DNA of 32,000 nt, taken from positions 1,560,001-1,592,000 of the forward strand of contig CP126532.1 in the NCBI GenBank assembly GCA_030167145.1, in the 5' to 3' direction. The notes beneath the pieces were generated by a model that saw only the letters and a list, made by a program, of their open reading frames with translations, ran no database searches and was not told the DNA's origin. The first letter of the stretch is position 1. Every line of letters begins with the position of its first letter. Source of the stretch: Ktedonobacterales bacterium (GTDB lineage Bacteria > Chloroflexota > Ktedonobacteria > Ktedonobacterales > JADMIN01). Of the stretch, positions 20,317 to 29,256 are shown in pieces. The translations under genes and the position numbers were made by a program.

Positions 20317-21064
20317 CATCTGACCCCATCTGACCCCATCTGACTACCCGCCACCACCGGCCCCACATGCTACACTACCCCTGCACTGCCCCTGCGCTAC
20401 CATGCGCCTCACCGCGAAGGACACGCAACCGTGAACCACCCGCCATGTCAGCACCTATCTGCCATCCAAAAATCGAAAAAACGGCCACATCGGCCACTCC
20501 ACGCGATCCGTTCACACAGGATTACCCGTGGGCTTCAGGCCGAGAGCTTCCTATACCACCTCCGCTCGCCCTTGATGCAAAAATCGGCAGAATCGGCAAC
20601 TCATATCCGCGGCGAAAAATCAAAAATCGGCCACATCGGCCACTGTCATTCTCGTTCGGCCAGCGCGCAAATCGGCAGAATCGGCAACTGTCACACGTTG
20701 GCAACTCCGGCAACTCCGGCAACTCCGGCAACTGCCAAACATGCCCCATCGGCCATTTCGGCCACTATGTTCCGCCCAGGATTACCCGTGGCATTCATGC
20801 TACGTCCTCGCCCTACCACCCTATTCACCACCCGCTGTTTCCTCCGCACGAGATCACCTGCGGCCTTCAGGCCGGGAGCCTCCTTTACCACCCCGCTCGC
20901 CCTCCCACAAAAATCAAAAAAATCGGCAGAATCGGCAACTGCCTTCCTCATTCGGCAACTGCAAAAATTGGCCACTTCGGCCACTGCGGGCATTTATGCC
21001 ATCTCATCTGTGCTCCGGCCATTCATGGCCGAGGTGGGAACCCCGCCCACCATTCATGGCCGAG
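20317..21064 (+). repeat. Non-coding repeat mosaic C: (CATCTGACCC)x3, 20-mer box, hairpin modules, at least 8 A-tract + 9-nt doublets, (GGCAACTCC)x4
   Basis: 10-mer array at 20317-20346. Box at 20361-20380. Hairpin modules at 20517-20571, 20777-20804, 20850-20906 and 21013-21064. Doublets between 20468 and 20986. 9-mer array at 20700-20735. Confidence 0.85.
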
Positions 21065-21200
21065 AGCACGCCCACGATGTTGCCGAATGGCACAAAAACT
21101 GCGGGCCGAACGCGGACAGAAAGTCGTACATCAGCGTACAAACAGGCACACACATGGGATGCTATGGGTCATTCCCGCACGTGGGAGGAAGGAGCGCGGC

Positions 21201-22031
21201 ATGGATACACGAGCACCAGAGGCGCAGCAGTCAACTGCGGATCAGCATAATTGGCGCGCAAGCTTGCTATTGCGGCGACTGATCGTGGATCTGCGCACCA
21301 TCGAGAGCATTGGCGAGGTCGCTGATGTCGTCTTCGACCCGGTAAGTTGCCGCCTGGCGGCGGTTGGTCTGGCGGCGCGGGATACCGAGAGCGCGACCAG
21401 CCCCGTCGTCACGATGGCGCGGCGCATGTTTGGCGGCGTCCACACGCTCACCTATATCAGCGTCGAGCGCATCATCGCCCTCAATGGCGACGTGGTCACG
21501 GTAGATACCGAAGCGCCGCATCCGGGCAATCTCCAGCATGTAGACCGTCTGCCGCATCTCAGCCAAACGCGCGACCTACCGGTAATTACCCTGCGCGGGC
21601 GGCGGCTGGGCAAGCTGGTGGATCTCCTACTGGACAGTGACGGTGGCCGCATAACCGGCTATCTCATCAAGCCCACACGCTTCGCCACGCCGCTCACCAA
21701 CGCCTACGAAGAGCCAGTGTCGGCCAGTGAGGACGACGAAGATCATCGAACCGAAGGCCAGGACGGGCCAGCCGCGCCGGAACTCGCGCCCTCGAAGCTG
21801 CGGGTGATTCCCGCCTCGCCGCAGATTCGTGTGGGCCGCGCACTCATCATCGTCTTCGAGGACGAAGGCTATACCTTCGGCAGCACAGGCTTGATTGGCA
21901 GGGAGCAGCAGACGGATCTACCCGCACTGGATGGCGGCGGCGCTAGCGGTGATGTTGCTGGCTGGTATGCCTCTGATGGCGGCTCCGCCGATGGCAGAGC
22001 CGACCATCAGCCTGAGCAGACGCTGCATTAA
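21201..22031 (+). CDS. PRC-barrel domain protein (two PRC-like modules, acidic tail)
   Basis: GGAGGAAGGAG precedes the ATG at 21201. Module 1: LIVDLRTIESIGEVADVVFDP. Module 2: LPVITLRGRRLGKLVDLLLDSDGGRITGYLI. These are PRC-barrel-like. The upstream 278 codons of the track ORF are repeat DNA. Confidence 0.65.
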   Translation: MDTRAPEAQQSTADQHNWRASLLLRRLIVDLRTIESIGEVADVVFDPVSCRLAAVGLAARDTESATSPVVTMARRMFGGVHTLTYISVERIIALNGDVVTVDTEAPHPGNLQHVDRLPHLSQTRDLPVITLRGRRLGKLVDLLLDSDGGRITGYLIKPTRFATPLTNAYEEPVSASEDDEDHRTEGQDGPAAPELAPSKLRVIPASPQIRVGRALIIVFEDEGYTFGSTGLIGREQQTDLPALDGGGASGDVAGWYASDGGSADGRADHQPEQTLH

Positions 22032-22046
22032 GCCGTGAAACAAGAC

Positions 22047-23102
22047 TCAATCCGTCACGTCGCGGCGCTGCGTCAGCACCAGGCCAAGCACGATCAGCGC
22101 GACACAGTAGAGCGCGACCACAAACAGCGCGTGCGGCAGGCCAAGCGTATTGCCTTCCACGCTGTTCAGCGCGATAGGCGACTCCGAGGCGCGGCTGACC
22201 AGATAGCTGGTGTTGGGGCTGAGGAACCAGTCGGGGATATGGCGCACGATCTCACCAGTTGTTCCCTGGAAGAGCATCCCAATCGCCACCAGAATCGGGC
22301 CGACAATCACCTCGAAGAGGAAGAAGCCCAGCGGGACCGCGATGCCAGCGGCGGTCGAGCGGCCCAGCGTCGCCATGAAGAAGGCGATCACCGCATACGC
22401 GAAGAGCGTCAGCGCGATAGCCAGCCAGTAGAGCAGGATCTCGCCGATGCTCCCAGCGGGCAGCGCCGCAAGTGTGCCGCCGAGCAGTGGGCCAATCGTC
22501 ACGCCGACCAGCGCGCCCAGCGCCAGCATTACAGCGGAGATGAGCAGCGCCAGCAGCACCAGCGCGATCACCTGAGCCGCGACCAACTGCCCGCGCCCGA
22601 CGCCGCGCGAGAACCAGAGGCGAATCGTGCCAGTGCCATATTCACCGCCGACGACCGCGCCAGCGAGAATGGTGAGCAGGATCAACCCGATGAAGGTGGT
22701 GTAGCCTCCAGCGAGCGCCAGCGAATTCGGGAACGTGACTGGTTCGCGTACCGATTCGAGCCGTTGCTGACGAACCTGCTGCTGCTCGGCGGGTGTCAGT
22801 GGCTGGCACTGCTCAGGCGGTGGCCCGTTGACGGTAGTGCCGCCGCCACTGGATTCGGTGGCCGTCACCGGCGCGGACGTGCAGTTCTGCTCGTTGACGG
22901 GGGAATTGGCGGTGACGGCGTAGGCGACCACCACCAGCGCGACGATCACCACGAAGAGGCCGAGCAGCACGCCGCCCAACACCTTCGACATGATGCGCCG
23001 CCGCGCGGAGAAGAGCACCCAACCCGTGAGCCGCACGGTCTGGGTGAAAGCGTTGCCCTGGATGGCGGGCGCGGTGGCGGTTGAGGCAGTTGCCTGGGTC
23101 AT
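22047..23102 (-). CDS. ABC-2 type transporter permease
   Basis: The ATG at 23102 overlaps the ATPase stop (ATGA). N-terminal TM, a large extracytoplasmic loop, then about 5 TM. Confidence 0.75.
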   Translation of the reverse strand: MTQATASTATAPAIQGNAFTQTVRLTGWVLFSARRRIMSKVLGGVLLGLFVVIVALVVVAYAVTANSPVNEQNCTSAPVTATESSGGGTTVNGPPPEQCQPLTPAEQQQVRQQRLESVREPVTFPNSLALAGGYTTFIGLILLTILAGAVVGGEYGTGTIRLWFSRGVGRGQLVAAQVIALVLLALLISAVMLALGALVGVTIGPLLGGTLAALPAGSIGEILLYWLAIALTLFAYAVIAFFMATLGRSTAAGIAVPLGFFLFEVIVGPILVAIGMLFQGTTGEIVRHIPDWFLSPNTSYLVSRASESPIALNSVEGNTLGLPHALFVVALYCVALIVLGLVLTQRRDVTD

Positions 23103-24193
23103 GCCTGGCCTCCCTGCGGCATCGCTGGCGCCGCTGCCGCGCTGGCGGGCGCGGTCATGCCGTTGGTCGCGCCGGTGAGCGCGAGGAAGTATTGTTCGAG
23201 GTTGCCTTCGGAGCGGCGTAGCTCGGCGGCGTAGATGCCCTGGCCCGCCAGCAGCGCATTGATTTCGCCGGAGTGATCGCCCGATGCGTCCACGCGCAAC
23301 AGCCAGCCCCCTGGCGGGGTCCACGCGCCAGGTTCGGGCAGCACGTAGCGCACATCGCGCAGCCACACCGCGCCCGCATCGCGCGCTTGCAGCAGCGCGC
23401 CCGCCGCCCTGGGAAGCTGCTCGGCGTCGGCGAAGCCGATGACCACGCCGGAGGAGGTCGCGAGCAGGTCACTCACCGCGCCCTGCGCCAGCAGATTGCC
23501 CTCCTTGAGGATGGCGACGCGGGTGCAGACCTGCTGCACTTCGTGGAGCAGGTGGCTGGCGAGCATCACGGTCACGCCGCTCGTGGCAAGCTGTCCAATC
23601 AGCGCGCGCACCTCCACCATACCCGCCGGGTCGAGGCCGTTGGTGGGTTCGTCGAGGATCATCATGTCAGGGCTGTTGAGCAGCGCCGCCGCGATGCCCA
23701 GGCGTTGTTTCATGCCCAGGGAGTATTTTCGGTAGCTGTCTTTGTCCCGCTCCGCCAGCCCCACCTGTTCCAGGACTGCGCTGACGCGGGCGCGGGTGGT
23801 TGCGTTATCGGGCATACCCGCGAAGGTGGCGATGCCATGCAGGTTTTCGGGTCCGGTGAGGAATGGATAGAACGATGGCTGCTCGACGATAGCACCGATG
23901 CGCTTCAGCGCGGCGCGGCGGCTCGCGGTGCTGGCCATATTCTCGCCAAAGAGGCTGATGCTGCCCGCAAGCGGCCAGACCAGGCCCAGCAGCATCCGCA
24001 GCGTGGTAGTCTTGCCAGAGCCGTTGGGGCCAAGCAGGCCGAAGACATCGCCCCGGCGCACCTCCAGGGCGAGATTGTTGACGGCGGTGCGCACGCCGTA
24101 GCGTTTGGTCAGCCCTTCGGTTCGCAGCACGACCTCGCGCGCCGCGCCGGGTGGCGTCTCTGGAATCGGCGGTGTCTCCTCAGTCGCGCTCAT
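23099..24193 (-). CDS. ABC transporter ATP-binding protein with C-terminal accessory domain
   Basis: GPNGSGKTT (Walker A), YSLGMKQRLGIA (signature), MILDEPTNGLD (Walker B), ASHLLHE (H-loop). Start trimmed to MSATEE with a GGAGAGGAG RBS. Confidence 0.85.
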   Translation of the reverse strand: MSATEETPPIPETPPGAAREVVLRTEGLTKRYGVRTAVNNLALEVRRGDVFGLLGPNGSGKTTTLRMLLGLVWPLAGSISLFGENMASTASRRAALKRIGAIVEQPSFYPFLTGPENLHGIATFAGMPDNATTRARVSAVLEQVGLAERDKDSYRKYSLGMKQRLGIAAALLNSPDMMILDEPTNGLDPAGMVEVRALIGQLATSGVTVMLASHLLHEVQQVCTRVAILKEGNLLAQGAVSDLLATSSGVVIGFADAEQLPRAAGALLQARDAGAVWLRDVRYVLPEPGAWTPPGGWLLRVDASGDHSGEINALLAGQGIYAAELRRSEGNLEQYFLALTGATNGMTAPASAAAAPAMPQGGQA

Positions 24194-24333
24194 CCTGCCT
24201 CGCTCCTCTCCGTATGCTCCACGACATACCTGCCACAAGGACGGCAAGAAACCATCCACCGCTTCTACGCCGCCGCTCCGGCGGAGTTGCGCAGGTGACA
24301 CAGCGCACGTGTCTCTTCGCCGCCCCTCGACCG

Positions 24334-24339
24334 TATAAT
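24334..24339 (+). promoter_or_regulatory. Perfect TATAAT -10 hexamer upstream of the Fe-S protein gene
   Basis: TATAAT lies 47 nt upstream of the ATG at 24386. No good -35 was found. Confidence 0.35.
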
Positions 24340-24385
24340 AGGGGAGTGCATGCCCACACAGCATACGCAAAAAGGAGACCGAGCA

Positions 24386-25744
24386 ATGCGTGTGGAACCA
24401 CACGCCCAGCCAGAGCTTATCCCGGCATCCCTGCCAGTGCGCACCTTCACCGGCGCGGACCAGCCCGACGTGGATATTCTGCGGCGGTGCATCCGCTGCG
24501 GCCTCTGCCTGCCCTCGTGCCCGACGTATCTGGAGACCTTCAGCGAAGCCTCGTCGCCGCGCGGGCGCATCGCGCTGATCAACGCGGTGAGCGAGGGACA
24601 GCTCGACGTGACCGATTCAGGCTTCGTCGAGCAGATGTACCAATGCCTGGATTGCCGCGCCTGCGAGGCAGTCTGTCCCTCCGGCGTGCAGTACGGCCAA
24701 CTCGTGGAAACCGCCCGGACGCAGATCGAACGAGCGCGGCCCCGCCCTGGCTGGCAGCGCGCGGGACGGGCAGCGGTCTTCGGCGGCATCTTTGGCGAGG
24801 CGCGGCGCTTCCGCGCCGTGAACGCGGCGCTGGCGCTATATCAGCGTACGGGAGCGCAACGGCTGGCGCGGCGGAGCGGCCTGCTGGCGCGGTTCGGGCT
24901 GGCGCGGATGGAATCGCTTGCGCCCGCGCTGCCCGCCACATATGTCGCGCCCGCCGGGCAGGTCTACCCGCCACTCGCGGGGGTAGCGCAGCGAGGGCGG
25001 GTGGCGCTCTTCACCGGCTGTGTGATGAGCACCGCCTTCGCCGAGACAGACCGAGCGACGATCCGCGTGCTGAACGCCAACGGCTTTGAGGTGGTGTTGC
25101 CAGAGGCGCAGCAGTGCTGCGGCGCATTGACGATTCATTCCGGCGAGATGGATGGTGGGCGGGCGCTGGCGATGCGCAATATCGAAGCGTTCGAGGTCAG
25201 CGGCGCGGAGTATATTGCGGTCAACGCAGCGGGCTGTGGCTCAACGCTGAAGGAGTATGGCGCGCTGCTAGCCGATTTTCTGGAATGGGCGGAGCGGGCA
25301 CGCGCGTTCAGCGAGCGGGTGCGCGACATCACCGAACTGCTGGCGGGGCTGCTGGATGAGGGCGCGCTGAACACGCGATTCGCGCCACTGCCGCTGCGGG
25401 TGACGTATCAAGAGCCGTGTCATCTGGCGCATGCCCAGCGCATCACGCGCCAGCCACGCGCACTGCTTGGGGCGCTACCAGGGGTGGAACTGGTGGAGAT
25501 GGAGGAGGCGTCGCTCTGCTGTGGCAGCGCGGGGGTCTACAACGTGACACGCCCGGCGATGGCCGACGCGCTGGGCGACCGCAAGGCGCGGAACATTCTG
25601 GCGAGCGGCGCGCAGGCCGTGGTGACGGCGAATCCAGGCTGCGCGTTGCAGGTGCGCGCGGCGCTGGCCCGCGCGGGGTCAGACATGCCCGTGCTGCACA
25701 TCGTAGACCTGCTCGACGCAGCCTACCGGGGCCGTCTGCCCTGA
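24386..25744 (+). CDS. (Fe-S)-binding protein, GlcF-like / heterodisulfide-reductase-like (two 4Fe-4S motifs plus CCG domains)
   Basis: AAGGAG 8 nt upstream. CIRCGLCLPSCP and CLDCRACEAVCP ferredoxin motifs. Two CCG-type Cys motifs (QQCCGA, LCCGSAG). No glcD or glcE neighbour in the window. Confidence 0.75.
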   Translation: MRVEPHAQPELIPASLPVRTFTGADQPDVDILRRCIRCGLCLPSCPTYLETFSEASSPRGRIALINAVSEGQLDVTDSGFVEQMYQCLDCRACEAVCPSGVQYGQLVETARTQIERARPRPGWQRAGRAAVFGGIFGEARRFRAVNAALALYQRTGAQRLARRSGLLARFGLARMESLAPALPATYVAPAGQVYPPLAGVAQRGRVALFTGCVMSTAFAETDRATIRVLNANGFEVVLPEAQQCCGALTIHSGEMDGGRALAMRNIEAFEVSGAEYIAVNAAGCGSTLKEYGALLADFLEWAERARAFSERVRDITELLAGLLDEGALNTRFAPLPLRVTYQEPCHLAHAQRITRQPRALLGALPGVELVEMEEASLCCGSAGVYNVTRPAMADALGDRKARNILASGAQAVVTANPGCALQVRAALARAGSDMPVLHIVDLLDAAYRGRLP

Positions 25745-25837
25745 AACGGGCGGTTGAAACCGCGCCTGCATGGCCGCTGGCCGCGAAACCCGCCGTCGCG
25801 GGTTGAGGAGCGAGGCAGACAGGAATGCCCGCCCTAC
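25745..25837 (-). repeat. Composite REP-like element filling the whole convergent gap between the Fe-S protein gene and murB
   Basis: On the minus strand: GTAGGGCGGGCATTCCTGTCTGCC, AACCCGCGACGGCGGGTTTCGCGGC, AGGCGCGGTTTCAACCGCCCG. This is the same module order as 15492-15549. G-U pairs form only on the minus strand, which is the murB sense strand. Confidence 0.75.
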
Positions 25838-26844
25838 CAGTCGCCGCGCGGCTCAACCTCAAGCTCCAGCGCGATGCCGAACGTGTCGTAGACGGTGCGG
25901 CGGGCGCGGGCGATCAGCGCGACGACATCGGCAGCCGTCGCGCCGCCGGTATTGACGATGAAGTTGGCATGCTTGGGCGAGATCTGTGCTTTGCCGGAGC
26001 ACGCGCCCTTCAGTCCCACCGCTTCGATCAGCCGCCCAGAGTAGTCGCCAGGGGGGTTCTTGAAGACCGAACCAGCGCTGGCCTGCGGCGGCTGCGTATC
26101 CTTGCGATACTGAAGGTTGTAGGCGACGCGCTCACGCACGCGGGCCGGGTCGTCGCGGCGCAGCACGAAGGTTGCGCCGGTGATGATCTCCGGCGGCTCG
26201 ATGTGTGCGCGCGGCGAGACGCAGGGCTGGCCGTCGTCGTCGAAGATGATTTCGCGGGCGGCGCGGAAGCGGCTGCGACGGTAGCCGAACGCCAGTTCAG
26301 CGGCGGTCAGTTCGCGGATGGCCGGCGGCTCATCGCCCGTGCCGCTGGTAAAGAGCACGCGCGCCGTTTGCAGCGTATCGGAGACGCATTGCTGGTGCGC
26401 GCCCGCGTTGCTGACCACCGCGCCGCCGATGGTGCCAGGCACGCCCGCGCCCCATTCCAGCCCGGAGATGCCGCGCTTGGCCAGGTCGTTGACCAGCTTG
26501 GGCAGGCTGACGCCCGCCCCCGCGATCAGCCGGGGCGTGTCGCTCTCCTCGTCTTCGAGCCGCCAGTCGTTGAGGGCCATGCGGGCGACGATGCCACGCG
26601 CGCCAGCGTCCGAGTAGAGGACGTTGGTGCCGTTACCGACGAGCATCAGCGGCCAGTCGCGCTGTTTTGCCAGCGCCGCCAGCGCGATCAGGTCATCTTC
26701 GCGTTCCACGGCAATCCACACGTCCGCCGGGCCGCCGACGGCGAAGGTGCCATGCCGTGCGAGCGGCTCGCTGGCGCGGGTGCGGTCGCCGAAACGCTGG
26801 CGCAGATCGTCGAACATCGTGGCGGTATCCTGGCGGGTGGGCAT
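25834..26844 (-). CDS. murB: UDP-N-acetylenolpyruvoylglucosamine reductase
   Basis: FAVGGPADVW, LVGNGTNVL, GAGVPGTIGGAVVSNAGAH, SAGSVFKNP and AQISPKHANFIVN motifs. Confidence 0.9.
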   Translation of the reverse strand: MPTRQDTATMFDDLRQRFGDRTRASEPLARHGTFAVGGPADVWIAVEREDDLIALAALAKQRDWPLMLVGNGTNVLYSDAGARGIVARMALNDWRLEDEESDTPRLIAGAGVSLPKLVNDLAKRGISGLEWGAGVPGTIGGAVVSNAGAHQQCVSDTLQTARVLFTSGTGDEPPAIRELTAAELAFGYRRSRFRAAREIIFDDDGQPCVSPRAHIEPPEIITGATFVLRRDDPARVRERVAYNLQYRKDTQPPQASAGSVFKNPPGDYSGRLIEAVGLKGACSGKAQISPKHANFIVNTGGATAADVVALIARARRTVYDTFGIALELEVEPRGDW

Positions 26845-27058
26845 GCGAGCTATCCTCTTCTGGGCGAGATGCAGACATCATGAGGTCGGCTTCCGGGGTC
26901 AAGTTCAGTATACGCGCCCAGGCATAGCGCGTTGCCAACGGATGCGCTAGAGAGGCTACATAAAACGAACTGGCGGACCCTTTGGGCAGGCTGGCGTCGC
27001 GTCTCACCTTCCGCATATGTGAGCTGCCCTAATGGACAGGGCTTCACGCCGCACATTT

Positions 27059-27067
27059 TGCTACAGT
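27059..27067 (+). promoter_or_regulatory. Extended -10-like element TGCTACAGT
   Basis: One mismatch from the TGCTACACT box core. About 60 nt upstream of the 27128 start. Confidence 0.3.
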
Positions 27068-27127
27068 GAGTCGGTAGATCCAATGAGCAGCGCGTTACAC
27101 GGATGCACGTGAGGAGGCGCGAACGAG

Positions 27128-27562
27128 ATGCAAATGAACACGGACCAGCAAGATTTCGAGCAATTCATGAAGCAACGCGCGGAGGCTGCGCGCGCCTACG
27201 TGAGCGGCGAGGCTGCCCCGCTCGGCGAGATCGTTGCTCACCACTCCCCCGCCACTTTCTTTGGCCCCCAGGGAGGCTTCCGCCAGGGCGCTGAAGCAGT
27301 CTGGTCCACATACGAGCATGACGTCACCATCTTCGAGAGCGGCGGCGAGAGCCAGTTTGAGATCCTGCACATGGCGGCCAGCGATGGCCTCGCGTACTGG
27401 GTTGGTTTCCAGCGCGCCACCATCCATATGCGTGGCAGATCAGAAGCTATCCCCTTCAATCTGCGCGTGACCGAGCTTTTCCGCCGCGAAGGCGACACCT
27501 GGAAACTGATTCACCGTCATGCCGATCCGCTCATCGCGAAACCCGACACGGAGCGGCAATAA
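27128..27562 (+). CDS. SnoaL-like / DUF4440 (NTF2-fold) protein
   Basis: GAGGAGG upstream. C-terminal LRVTELFRREGDTWKLIHRHAD is typical of DUF4440/NTF2-like proteins. Confidence 0.7.
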   Translation: MQMNTDQQDFEQFMKQRAEAARAYVSGEAAPLGEIVAHHSPATFFGPQGGFRQGAEAVWSTYEHDVTIFESGGESQFEILHMAASDGLAYWVGFQRATIHMRGRSEAIPFNLRVTELFRREGDTWKLIHRHADPLIAKPDTERQ

Positions 27563-27588
27563 ATAGATCACGTGAAGGCACGTCGGCG

Positions 27589-28902
27589 CTAGCTATTGGG
27601 CAGCGAGTACTTGTAGTCCTTCGGCACAATCAGCGCGGTTCTGCCGGTGAACATGGCGTTGAACACATCTATCGGCAGATAGTGGATGTAGTACTCGGAA
27701 GAGTCTACGATCTTCACGCCCTGGCTGTCGCCGCCGGTCAACACCAGGAAATGTCCGGTGTCGAAATAATGGTAGTAGCCGTAGGAGATGCGAACATTGA
27801 CGATCAGCGGCAGCCCCAGATAGTTGGTGATGTAGAGCATCTGCTGATAGGTGAGGCTGGAACTGATGTCGGCGCGATAGCCGAAATGCTCCGCACCGCG
27901 CTGGAAGCCGTGATAGTTGAGCAGACCGCCATACATGGCGATGTCGGGCTGCATGTAGTCAATCAGCTTGCCGATGTTGGCGCCCTTCATGCCCCAGGCG
28001 GTCAGTATCTCGGCGGAGGTGGCGGCGCTGCATGCGGCATCGCCCCAATCCAGGCACTGCTGATACGAATCGTACTGGTCGCAGGCCTTGAGTTGGGTAA
28101 CAGGTATCACCTTGCTGGCAATGGTGGGTAGGGATTTAGTGTTGAGGGTGGCGCGCCACGCCGCCATGAGCGGTTGCGACGGTTCGCCCATTCGGTGGTA
28201 CGTGGAGGTGAAGGCGACGAAGAGCGCGGCCAGCGCCAGCACGAAGCGCACGATCACCCACGGACTGGTGGCCTTGTGGACCAGCCGCTGCGTATTTACT
28301 CGCACGCGCCGCCCGATACCGGTTGCCGCACGATATGCGGCGAGTTCCGGCGCGCTAAATGCTAGCGAGGGGGTAGGCGGCATGCGGGCGGGAACCAACG
28401 CGCGCTGTGTCTCGCGCTCAGGTGGTGGCTCGTCGTCCCACGACGCCCACTGGTCGCGCTCATGCCATTCCGGGCGTTGATCCCGCTGTTCGGGCTGATC
28501 CCAGTCGTTCCAGTCGTCTGTATCTGGCGCGACTCGTGTCTCCTGGTCGGGCAGAGGGTTGCGGAAGAGGCCAAGTGGCCGTGCCGCTGAGCGGGTGCGC
28601 TCGCGTCCGCGCGGCTGCGGGTCGCGCGCTGTGCGTGGTGCGGCGGCGTGGTGAGCGGTCGCGCCAGCCAGAATCGTGCGCCGCCGCCCCGTGGAAGCGC
28701 CGGGGTCACTATGGGTATCGGTGCGCCGGGCATTTGGGGGCGGCGCGGGCCGCTGTGGTGGGCTGGCGGGGACCTTCAACGTGGCGAAGGGGTCATCGGG
28801 GTTATGCTCATCCAGCCAGGATTGCCGGGGCGAAGCGGAAGCGTTGGAATAGGGAGGCGTGGGTGATTGCGCGGGACTACGCTTACGGCGAACGTCGCGC
28901 AT
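27589..28902 (-). CDS. Membrane-anchored protein with disordered Arg/Pro/Asp/Trp-rich N-terminus and C-terminal C39-like (papain-fold) peptidase domain
   Basis: AGGAGG 8 nt upstream. Single TM WVIVRFVLALAALFVAFTS. The C-terminal domain has a candidate Cys (GDAACSAATSAEIL) and His (DTGHFLVLTGGD) in the spacing seen in Peptidase_C39_2-type domains. Confidence 0.65.
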   Translation of the reverse strand: MRDVRRKRSPAQSPTPPYSNASASPRQSWLDEHNPDDPFATLKVPASPPQRPAPPPNARRTDTHSDPGASTGRRRTILAGATAHHAAAPRTARDPQPRGRERTRSAARPLGLFRNPLPDQETRVAPDTDDWNDWDQPEQRDQRPEWHERDQWASWDDEPPPERETQRALVPARMPPTPSLAFSAPELAAYRAATGIGRRVRVNTQRLVHKATSPWVIVRFVLALAALFVAFTSTYHRMGEPSQPLMAAWRATLNTKSLPTIASKVIPVTQLKACDQYDSYQQCLDWGDAACSAATSAEILTAWGMKGANIGKLIDYMQPDIAMYGGLLNYHGFQRGAEHFGYRADISSSLTYQQMLYITNYLGLPLIVNVRISYGYYHYFDTGHFLVLTGGDSQGVKIVDSSEYYIHYLPIDVFNAMFTGRTALIVPKDYKYSLPNS

Positions 28903-29034
28903 GGAGCCAGCCTCCTCTCTCCTCTGCCATCACGCCCATCTGTAGCGGCATCATAGACGGCCAGCCGTGAGCGCGTCAAGTTCGCCGCCGGAGGTACTTG
29001 ACGCGGACAGTGAAGTGTGGTTGCACGATGGTAC

Positions 29035-29063
29035 TTGCTGAGTATCGCCACGTCATTTATACT
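29035..29063 (+). promoter_or_regulatory. Candidate promoter for the EcsC-family operon (TTGCTG, 17-nt spacer, TATACT)
   Basis: TTGCTG at 29035-29040 and TATACT at 29058-29063. A ~190-nt purine-rich leader follows. Confidence 0.4.
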
Positions 29064-29256
29064 AGGCGCGGACTGAAGAGGTAATCGCGAGTGGACGGGA
29101 TAGAGATTCGTGGAAGGTGGGCGCGATAGGCATGGTGGTAGGCGCGGAGAACCGTCGCGTGAAGCGAATCTAGCCCATCAAGCGTATAAAGCGCAGTGAG
29201 CGGTCAGGGTCAGGGTCAGGGCGGGGGCAGCCTCGCGTGGAGAAGGGGAGAAACGC

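Noticed and set aside
20468-20986. Replication origin / DnaA-box cluster interpretation of the 9-nt doublets
   Set aside because: The 9-mers (ATCGGCCAC, ATCGGCAGA) do not resemble the TTATCCACA consensus. There is no dnaA or dnaN nearby and no AT-rich unwinding element. Retained only as a generic protein-binding-array idea.
20367-21200. N-terminal 278 codons of the 554-aa track ORF (MLHYPCTAP..KIGRIGNS..GNSGNSGNSGNC..)
   Set aside because: Low-complexity translation of nucleotide repeats. The same repeat modules appear in different reading frames elsewhere. Stop codons are rare simply because the strand is C-rich and G-poor. There is no RBS at 20367, but a strong one precedes 21201.
22047-24403. 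Longer starts of the ABC permease (23366) and ATPase (24403) track ORFs
   Set aside because: The extensions are Arg-rich and overlap the upstream gene or the promoter region. The trimmed starts give an ATGA overlap (23102) and a good RBS (24193).
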